DNA of 53,811 bases from a virus, in IMG/VR virus record IMGVR_UViG_3300045051_000148. One strand, given 5' to 3'. Every line of letters starts with the position of its first letter. Position 1 is the first letter of the stretch. Below, one piece after another: positions 47,059 through 53,811 of this stretch. The position numbers and the translations under genes are program-made. The notes under the pieces are model-generated. The model searched no databases. It was not told the DNA's origin and saw nothing but the letters and a program-made list of their open reading frames with translations.

Positions 47059-48495
47059 TTAACCGCCGAGCAACTTGCTCAGACCGGCGGATGCGGACAG
47101 GCCGGTTGCCAGCTGCTGCAACGGCGATGCCGAGTAGGTCTGGCCGGTGCTCTGGCCGGTTTGCGTTGTCGACGACTGCACGTTGGGCGCCATGCCGCGC
47201 ACCTGAGTGGACAGCCAGTCGAGCTGTGTTTTGGGGTACTGCAGCTCCGTGAGGTATTGCTGGTACTTCGCATCGGCCTCGCGCTGTGAAAGTTGCTGCT
47301 GAGCGGCGCCAGCGGCCTCCAGTGCGGCAACGTCCTGAGTGCGCATCTGCTGGCCTTGCTGGGCCTGCGTTGCCATCTGCTGGAGCACAGATTGCTGGCG
47401 CTGCAGGTCGGCTTGCGTGAGCTGGCCAGCCTGCGAGCCCAAGGAGGCAAGCAACTGCTGCTGCTGACCCGTCAGAGCGCCGGTTTGCTGGGCGGCGCTC
47501 AAAAGCGCCTGCTGCTGAGACTGCGTGAGGCCGCCAAGCTGCGTGCCCACGCCGCCCAAAGCCTGGGCGCGTGCGATTTCTTGCTGCGCTGCTTGTTGCT
47601 GGGCAGAGGTGAGAGCCTGCCCACCTTGCAAAATGGCCTGCTGCTGGGCGGTACCGAGGCCGCCAGCGGTGGATGCCAGCTGAGCCTGGCGGGCGGCTTC
47701 TTGCTGGGCGGCGGACAGGGCCTGGCCGTAGCCTGCTTGCAGCGCCTGAGATTGCTGGGCAAGCACCGATTCCTGCGTGTCGCGCAGTGCGCGGCTGCCA
47801 AACTCACCCATGCGCGTGCCGCCGAATTGGCCAGCACGAATGAATGAGTCAGACACCGCAGGCAGCAAGTTTTCAGACAGGTTTCGAGCCCCAAGCCTAG
47901 CGATCTGGTTGGTGACCGACTCGGTGTAAGGGTTGAAGAACTGCCCAATATCCTGTGCAGAAGTTTGTGCAGCCTGCTGCATGTACGGAGCGGCAGCGGT
48001 CAGGCCTGAGCCCTCAAGGCTGGCCTGCACGTATGGCGACAGCGTGCGTGCACCGGTACTGGTGTCAACACCTGCCAAGGCGGCGGCCTGCTGGTTCAAA
48101 AACGGCTGAGCCGCGCCAACGCCGGTTGTGCCTGTGGCCTGAGTGATCAAACCCTGGGCGGCCTGCAGCGGGCTCATGCCTGCGGCCTGCGTCATGTAAG
48201 GCGTGGCTGCCGACATGGCACCAGGCGCGGCGGAGAGCTTTTCGAGGCCAGTCTGGGCGGTCTCAAACGGCGCTTTCCAGAGGCCCTGGTTTGCACTTAC
48301 AGCCTCGTAGGCCTGTTTCTGTTGGGGCGTTGCGCCTGCTACCAGCGTCCCGCCATAAGGCGTGAACGGCGTGTTGGCCACGTTGGTGGCTTGGTAGATT
48401 TGATTGTAGATGGCGTCCTGCAGCCACTTTGGCGTCTCGGTGGTGCTGGTGACGTAGGACGTCGCCTTCTGGGGTTCACCCTTAAACAAGCTCAT
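47059..48495 (-). CDS. Gln-rich internal-virion-type protein
   Basis: 478 aa. The C-terminal half is built of Q/A/L-rich repeats (AQQQAILQGGQALTSAQQQAAQQEIARAQALGG...). Confidence 0.65.
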   Translation of the reverse strand: MSLFKGEPQKATSYVTSTTETPKWLQDAIYNQIYQATNVANTPFTPYGGTLVAGATPQQKQAYEAVSANQGLWKAPFETAQTGLEKLSAAPGAMSAATPYMTQAAGMSPLQAAQGLITQATGTTGVGAAQPFLNQQAAALAGVDTSTGARTLSPYVQASLEGSGLTAAAPYMQQAAQTSAQDIGQFFNPYTESVTNQIARLGARNLSENLLPAVSDSFIRAGQFGGTRMGEFGSRALRDTQESVLAQQSQALQAGYGQALSAAQQEAARQAQLASTAGGLGTAQQQAILQGGQALTSAQQQAAQQEIARAQALGGVGTQLGGLTQSQQQALLSAAQQTGALTGQQQQLLASLGSQAGQLTQADLQRQQSVLQQMATQAQQGQQMRTQDVAALEAAGAAQQQLSQREADAKYQQYLTELQYPKTQLDWLSTQVRGMAPNVQSSTTQTGQSTGQTYSASPLQQLATGLSASAGLSKLLGG

Positions 48496-48496
48496 A

Positions 48497-50416
48497 TTAA
48501 GCGCCTTTCAGATATGCCAACGGCGATTTGGCGTTCGCGCTGAACTTGCCCCGGGCCATCGATTTGCCTTTGTGTTGGCGAATTTTAGCCCGCATCTGGT
48601 CCAGACGGCGAGCCCCATCGCTGGTCGAGCCGTCGCCCAAAAGAGCCACTGTCTCGGCGTCCATCACGTACTCGCCGTCCGACAAACGCGCCGGGATGGT
48701 GTCATCGCGACCAGAGCCACCGCCACGGGCCAGACGGCTCAGAGCGCCGCCACGGGCCAGGTTTTGCGTTGGCTCGGCTGGGTTGTCGTATTGACCGCCG
48801 CCAACCTTGTCCCAGTTGCGGGCGATGTAGCTGCCGATCGGCAGACCTTGAATCTTGGCCGCCGCGTTGAGCGTGTCCCAATTCCAGGTGCGCATCGGGC
48901 GGTTGAAGTACTCCTGCTGCTCAGGCGTCATCTGAGAGACCACCTGCTGCACCTGCTCGGGCGTTTCGGCGGCGCTGAACAGCGAAAGCAACGGCAGCAT
49001 GTTGGCTGCTGTGCCGACGGTGAAACCCTTATTCGCAGGAGCATCGCCGACCGTTCCCTTGACGCCAGGCGTGGTGGCAGCCGTCTGGGCCGCGATCACA
49101 TTGAGCGGTGATGCCTTGATGCCCGTGCCCAACTCAGGCTGAGCAGAGCCGACGGGGGCTTGAGGCTGGCCATAAAGCGAGTAGTCCACTGCAAAATTGT
49201 CTGGGCCTTTGAAGGTCGGCGTCTGGCTGCCACCAAGGCTGTAATCGAAGCCAAGGCCCATTTCGGGAACGCTGGCGGTATTTACAGCTGGAGCTTTCAG
49301 GCCTTCGATGGCAATGTCGGACGGGGCTTTCAAGCCCAAGCCGCCAGTCTCGGCGGGTGTGATGTCGTATGGAGATTTTGCAGGGGGAGCCGTAAATCCT
49401 GCGGTCAAACCGGCGATGGCCGACTGCCCCAGAGCCTCGGTCGGGCTTGCCCCCATCGTCAGAGCGTTGCCAAACTGCTGGCCAGCTGCCTGCAAGCCCG
49501 TGCCCATCTGACCGCCAATCCCGCTCGCCGCGCCAGAAAGCGTGCTGCCTGCATAACCGCCCAAAGCACCCTGCATGGCACCAGAGGCAAAATCCCCGCC
49601 ACTCAGCGCGCTTTGTGCGCCGCCGGTGATGGCGCTGCCCACCACGTTTTTGGCCGTGTCTCCGAGCGCCATGCCCAGCGTGTCACCAACGGCTCCGCCG
49701 ATCACGGGTGCAACACCAGCGCCCAGGGCTCCACCGATCGCGCCATTAAGAAAGTCGCCGCCGGAGGCCGCCGAGGACAGGCCGCTGATCGCTGCACTGC
49801 CGAGCATATTGGCAGCTGTACCGGCAAGAGCCCCGCCAGAAAGAGCGCCACCTAACGTGCCAGCCAGGGCTGCACCGCCGGGAATGAAGGCCAGAGCCAA
49901 AGGCAAAACAGGAGCCACAGCCTTAACGACCTTTTTCAGAGCACGGCCCAGTTTTTTCAGAAAAAACTCGCGCTGGCCGGTGTATGGGTTCACCGTGCCG
50001 GAGCCGCCGTAAGCCTGCAGGATTCGGGCCTCGAAGGGATTGATGTGCGCCAGCTCCGTGTCGCCATAACGACCCATGCGAGCGATCTGGTTCAAGCCAC
50101 CGCGTGCAAAACGAGGCATATTGCCCTCTTGCATCTGCTGTTGGACGACCTTCAAAGCCATGAGCGCGATGGTCAGCATCGCCTCATCGAACTCCATCGG
50201 CAGGTCCTCTTCGTCCATTGCACCGCTCTGGATGGCGCTCATCCTGAAATCGCCGTAGGAGTCCGGGTTTTGAAGCACGAACTCGAACATTCGAATGATC
50301 TCGTCAATGTTCTCAGGCGTGATGTCCTGATCCTGGAGGATTTCCTGGATGGCCTGGCCAAGGGCCTGCATGGCCTCGGGGCTCGACTGAATAGCGCGCA
50401 AAATTTCTTGATTCAT
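48497..50416 (-). CDS. Internal-virion-type protein with Gly-rich hydrophobic core
   Basis: Track ORF (744 aa) trimmed to ATG 50416, which overlaps the upstream stop (ATGA). 639 aa. Gly/Ala-rich membrane-like middle. ARGG motifs and a C-terminal DTIPARLSDGEYVMDAETV. Confidence 0.65.
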   Translation of the reverse strand: MNQEILRAIQSSPEAMQALGQAIQEILQDQDITPENIDEIIRMFEFVLQNPDSYGDFRMSAIQSGAMDEEDLPMEFDEAMLTIALMALKVVQQQMQEGNMPRFARGGLNQIARMGRYGDTELAHINPFEARILQAYGGSGTVNPYTGQREFFLKKLGRALKKVVKAVAPVLPLALAFIPGGAALAGTLGGALSGGALAGTAANMLGSAAISGLSSAASGGDFLNGAIGGALGAGVAPVIGGAVGDTLGMALGDTAKNVVGSAITGGAQSALSGGDFASGAMQGALGGYAGSTLSGAASGIGGQMGTGLQAAGQQFGNALTMGASPTEALGQSAIAGLTAGFTAPPAKSPYDITPAETGGLGLKAPSDIAIEGLKAPAVNTASVPEMGLGFDYSLGGSQTPTFKGPDNFAVDYSLYGQPQAPVGSAQPELGTGIKASPLNVIAAQTAATTPGVKGTVGDAPANKGFTVGTAANMLPLLSLFSAAETPEQVQQVVSQMTPEQQEYFNRPMRTWNWDTLNAAAKIQGLPIGSYIARNWDKVGGGQYDNPAEPTQNLARGGALSRLARGGGSGRDDTIPARLSDGEYVMDAETVALLGDGSTSDGARRLDQMRAKIRQHKGKSMARGKFSANAKSPLAYLKGA

Positions 50417-50640
50417 GATAGTGCTCCAACCAGCCTTTCGGCCCATTCTTTCCAATCGGTAAATCCGTAAGGATTGGGCAAGTTTCGCCCAATCGTCGTG
50501 TTGTTCAGGAACTGCACCCCCCAGTCCTGCCAGCGGTCCGGGTCCTGCAGCCGCCCAAACGAGCCGTAGGCGTCGAGGTCGATGATGACCTGCGACGACC
50601 AGTCGAGCAGCTCCATTCCTGTGGGCAGCGTGATGATCAT
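50413..50640 (-). CDS. Small tail-module protein
   Basis: 75 aa, ATGA overlaps on both sides. Confidence 0.6.
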   Translation of the reverse strand: MIITLPTGMELLDWSSQVIIDLDAYGSFGRLQDPDRWQDWGVQFLNNTTIGRNLPNPYGFTDWKEWAERLVGALS

Positions 50641-52466
50641 CCCAGCACCGTCCTGTCGCCAGCGTCGATGTGGCCAATGATCTGGCCCATCTGGTAGTCG
50701 CCATACAGCGCGTTGGACTCAAAGCGCACACGCAGCTCGCGGCGCTGCTCCTTGAGCATCACGATCTGCTCGAAAGGCTGGTCGGCCTGCTCGGGGAATG
50801 TGAAAATCGAGCTGATCACTTCGGGCGCACGGGCGTTGGCGCGGCCGGTGACCTGCACGGTCATGGGGCCCTTTTGCACGAAGTCCGGCTCGATGGTGGT
50901 GATGCGCAGATAGCCGTCCTGGCCTTGAGCCACAGACGACAAGTCCGCTGTTTCAAAGTAGGACTGAATGGGCGCGGCCAGTGTGCCGTCAATCTCGTCC
51001 ACACCCTGCTCATGCACCCAGGTGCGGTAGCCGCTGGCCGTTGGGACGGCATCCACCAGGATGGGAGCCATGAAGGCGTTGTTGTAGCCACCGGCTGAAC
51101 GACCCGATGCGGGCAGAGCGGTGTCGTACCAGGTGTTCTCGCGCACGTTGTAGATCACGGCGTGCGTGCATTCGGTGGCGTCCCCCTTGGGGTAGGCCCA
51201 CCAGATTTCGCCGAAGCGCGGCACCTTCCAGGCAAACACCTTGCTGTGCTGCTGGGGGTTCAGACCTTCGAGGAAGTAGTTGATGTTCAGCTGGTTGGGC
51301 ACATCGCGCACCACGCCGTTGAACATGAAGAACCGGTCCACGCCTGCCCAGTAGAAAACGCCATCGTAGTCCACGACCGAGTCGGCGGACAGGATTGAGG
51401 TGTCGGTGGCGATCGTGTCGAACTGGAAAACCGTAGCGCCGCCCGTGAAAGTGGCACGAATCACCGCGTCATAGGCCCAGAAAATTCCAGCAGGGGCCGA
51501 TCCGGAGCCTGCGCGCAGTGGCATGCCCTTGACAATCTTTTGGCTCCAAACCCGGGCGATGCCTGAGCCGGAGCCGATCAGGTCGGTGGGCTCGCCAGCC
51601 ACGGACCAGCCGATGATGCCAGCCGTGCCGTAGTAAAACAGGTACGGGTGAAGGGCCACGATGCCGCCCGTGGCGTTTGCGCCTGCTGGCAGCTGCACGC
51701 TTTTTAGGGGCGCGGTGCCGAGCAGGTCGCCGTAGAAAATCTGCCCGCCGACGTCATTGCACAGGCAGCGACCGTTGGGCGAGACGTGCGCCAAGAGCGC
51801 GTTGTACTGCGTGGACGAGTCAAACACGGCCTGGAACATCCAGCGGTTGGCATCCGATACCGCAAGCGCGTCAGAGCCGCCCACCATGTCGGTGTCGGTT
51901 GCTGTAATTGTTGTTGTGGCCGCAGCGACCACGTACCCGTTGGTGGCAACACCTGCCGTCACTGCCGTGATAGTGATCACCGGGCCAACGGCCACGGCGG
52001 TGTAATTTGGGATCGATGTGTGCAGGTTGATGTTGGTGGCCACGGCCGCCGCTGTGGTGGCCAGGTCTGTTGTGAAGGACACCGCGCCGGACATGATCTG
52101 AACGCCGTTGACCGTGATGCCGTTGACCGCCCCAGAAGCCCCGCCCGTGAGCGTCACTGTGCCCGTTGCGGCCACGGCCACGGGGGTGCGGTCGGAAATC
52201 AGGCTGGCGTTCTTGCTGGCGTCGATGGTGAAACGCTCTAGCGTTCCAGGGCCACCGCTGTGACAGTACTGCAGCAGCTGCTGCGTAAAACTCATGAAGC
52301 CACGCGAAATCTCGGTCAGGTACTTGGAGATCGAGCGATACCCGCCGATCTTGCGCGGCAGGCCACGCTGAAAACGAACCCACTGTCCGTCGGTGTAGAA
52401 ATCACCGTCGAACTTGGTGCCGTCGCGTTTGATGCCCGGCTGAGAGCGCAGGATCTGGGTTGGCAT
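50637..52466 (-). CDS. Tail nozzle / tail tubular protein B-like
   Basis: 609 aa, beta-rich and Trp/Gly-rich propeller-like sequence. Position (after the adaptor-like and fibre-like genes, before the internal proteins) mirrors T7 gp12. The call rests on position and character. Confidence 0.55.
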   Translation of the reverse strand: MPTQILRSQPGIKRDGTKFDGDFYTDGQWVRFQRGLPRKIGGYRSISKYLTEISRGFMSFTQQLLQYCHSGGPGTLERFTIDASKNASLISDRTPVAVAATGTVTLTGGASGAVNGITVNGVQIMSGAVSFTTDLATTAAAVATNINLHTSIPNYTAVAVGPVITITAVTAGVATNGYVVAAATTTITATDTDMVGGSDALAVSDANRWMFQAVFDSSTQYNALLAHVSPNGRCLCNDVGGQIFYGDLLGTAPLKSVQLPAGANATGGIVALHPYLFYYGTAGIIGWSVAGEPTDLIGSGSGIARVWSQKIVKGMPLRAGSGSAPAGIFWAYDAVIRATFTGGATVFQFDTIATDTSILSADSVVDYDGVFYWAGVDRFFMFNGVVRDVPNQLNINYFLEGLNPQQHSKVFAWKVPRFGEIWWAYPKGDATECTHAVIYNVRENTWYDTALPASGRSAGGYNNAFMAPILVDAVPTASGYRTWVHEQGVDEIDGTLAAPIQSYFETADLSSVAQGQDGYLRITTIEPDFVQKGPMTVQVTGRANARAPEVISSIFTFPEQADQPFEQIVMLKEQRRELRVRFESNALYGDYQMGQIIGHIDAGDRTVLG

Positions 52467-53665
52467 CAGAACGTCCCGCCCACCACGACGCCAGAAGGCG
52501 CAATGCCAAGGGCCGCATAAGCCGCCGGGCCGTCAGCCGCTGTAAACACCGCGTCGCCCACAGCCGTGCCGCCCAAGTTGATGCGGGCAGCACCTGCGGT
52601 CGTTGCGCCGGTACCGCCGTCAGACACCTGAATGGGTACGGCCAGGCCGCCCGTATCGGCGTTGACCACATCGGTGCCGTCGCAGTACAAGATCGAGCGC
52701 GAGCCGGACGCCACCAGGACGCCAGTGCCAGCGGCCGTCTTGACCGTGAAGTTGTAGGGGCCCGTAGTCTCGTTGTTGACCCAGTACTGTTGCACCGTGG
52801 CCGGAACAATGATCACGCGGTTTCCGGTCAGGGTTCCTGTGAAGCCGTAGGCGATTCGGTTGAGCTCCGTGCCGGTCAGGGTGTAGTTGCCCGAGCCCGC
52901 CACGTTGATCGAGGTGTAGTCGAAGGCAAAGGTCGCGGACTGGCCAAAGCCGATCGTGTAAAACGACGTGCCGTCCGAGACAATGATGGCCGACTCGCCT
53001 GGCTGGAAAGACAGTGTCGGTCCGCCGTCGATCAGCACGGTACCGGTCGGGTCAGCCACGATGGCACCAGACCCGGAGTTGCGAAGGTAGCAGAACCAGT
53101 TGTTGCCGACGATTGTCGGAGCGGGCAGCGTCAACGTGCCGCCAGCGCCGGTCCAGACGAACATCCGGGCGCGGTCCTGATCGCCTGCCGAGTAGTTGCT
53201 GTTGAACTCGGTGACTGGCACCGACTGAGCGAGCAGCGTGCCGGTGGCCACGATACCGTTGCCGGCCAGCGACGAGGCGTTGACCTGCGAGGTCGATGCG
53301 CCGTACTGCAGCGCCACCCAGGAGCCCGCTGCCGTGCTGTTGTTCGTGAGGTAGACCTGCCAGAGCGTGCCAGAGGCAATACTGACCACCTGCACGCCAT
53401 CGTCGCGCTTGACCGTGAATGTCGACGCGCCACGGTTGTTGAACAGGATGGTCTGGCCCGTGCCCGTTTTGTCAGCGGGCGGCAAGGTGATGGACAGGCC
53501 GCCGTTTGCGGGCGTGACGTCCATGATCTTGGTGGCCAGGTTCGAGCTGGTCGAGGTCTCATCGGGCCAGCTCAGCGTAATGTCGGCGGCAAGCGCAATC
53601 GCGCTGTAATCAATCTCGCTGGGGTAGATGTTTGCCCCACCGAAAACGTCGGTGTATGTGGTCAT
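52466..53665 (-). CDS. Tail fibre-like / tail-associated protein
   Basis: 399 aa. Beta-rich. C-terminus ...VSDGGTGATTAGAARINLGG...GIAPSGVVVGGTF shares fibre motifs and the GGTF ending with the 848-aa fibre. Confidence 0.7.
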   Translation of the reverse strand: MTTYTDVFGGANIYPSEIDYSAIALAADITLSWPDETSTSSNLATKIMDVTPANGGLSITLPPADKTGTGQTILFNNRGASTFTVKRDDGVQVVSIASGTLWQVYLTNNSTAAGSWVALQYGASTSQVNASSLAGNGIVATGTLLAQSVPVTEFNSNYSAGDQDRARMFVWTGAGGTLTLPAPTIVGNNWFCYLRNSGSGAIVADPTGTVLIDGGPTLSFQPGESAIIVSDGTSFYTIGFGQSATFAFDYTSINVAGSGNYTLTGTELNRIAYGFTGTLTGNRVIIVPATVQQYWVNNETTGPYNFTVKTAAGTGVLVASGSRSILYCDGTDVVNADTGGLAVPIQVSDGGTGATTAGAARINLGGTAVGDAVFTAADGPAAYAALGIAPSGVVVGGTF

Positions 53666-53811
53666 GCTTCAGTCCTCTGGGCGCTGCGGTCCATGATTTT
53701 CTTGAGGTCCTCGCCGTTGAGCGCCTGGGCCGCACGGTCGTACATCTGCTGCCAGGTGCCGATGCGCTCGTCCTTCTTCAGGAACGGCGTGGCCTCAAGC
53801 AGCGTGGCGTA
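53662..53811 (-). CDS. 3' end of the junction-spanning gene (see 1..607)
   Basis: Same frame as 607..1. Ends ...KKIMDRSAQRTEA-TGA at 53662-53664, overlapping the ATG of the 399-aa gene (ATGA). 53685..53811 duplicates nt 1..127. Confidence 0.7.
   Translation of the reverse strand, partial: YATLLEATPFLKKDERIGTWQQMYDRAAQALNGEDLKKIMDRSAQRTEA
53685..53811. repeat. Terminal direct repeat, copy 2 (identical to 1..127)
   Basis: See copy 1. Confidence 0.95.

Noticed and set aside
48497-50731. 744-aa version of the internal-protein ORF, and other N-terminally extended track ORFs
   Set aside because: The first ~105 residues are Arg/Ala/Trp-rich junk overlapping the upstream genes. The ATG at 50416 forms an ATGA overlap with the preceding stop. 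The same logic was applied to 6942->6855, 13584->13551, 22460->22352, 22723->22624, 24845->24794, 28781->28730, 29053->29002, 30546->30420, 30695->30650, 33037->33007 and several plus-strand genes.

Overview
The window is one complete, closed genome of a high-GC tailed dsDNA phage. Nt 1-127 are identical to nt 53685-53811 and one minus-strand gene reads straight across that join, so the unique length is 53,684 bp. About 95 tightly packed genes are present; I checked roughly three dozen 4-nt ATGA/GTGA stop-start overlaps by eye. They form three blocks. (1) Minus strand 25041->699: ParB-methyltransferase, small terminase, three small genes, large terminase, a four-gene accessory insertion, portal, a six-gene accessory island, acidic scaffold-like protein, major capsid, small head/neck proteins, two long tail fibres and a lysis cassette (GH108 endolysin + 3-TM holin). 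The four-gene insertion holds two basic miniproteins, a JAB/MPN-like protein and a 723-aa PcfJ-like-domain protein. The six-gene island includes GroES-like, RyR-domain and N4-gp49-like proteins. This block continues across the join (607->1 / 53684->43745) as a T7-like tail block: adaptor-like, fibre-like and nozzle-like proteins, then four large internal-virion-type proteins. (2) Minus strand 33007->25364: Cro/YdaS-like regulator, small genes, a sigma-70 region-4 protein, SF2 helicase, VRR-NUC nuclease and a P4-alpha-type primase-helicase. (3) Plus strand 33243->43700: about 35 small early genes including YqaJ exonuclease + RecT, YfdQ/DUF2303 and an AlpA-like HTH. I recognised no tRNA, rRNA, CRISPR, integrase, CI-type repressor, DNA polymerase or phage RNA polymerase. 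The most unusual points are: the accessory insertions that split terS/terL/portal/scaffold; clusters of a YTGGCAYAAC motif flanking the primase-helicase gene next to a 27-nt alternating purine-pyrimidine tract; a 410-bp structured non-coding gap; a sharply low-GC in-frame patch inside the 723-aa gene; a phage sigma region-4 protein; a three-member EREACAK paralogue family; and repeated 17-nt gene-junction sequences. All functional calls come from motif recognition by eye. No database search was run.
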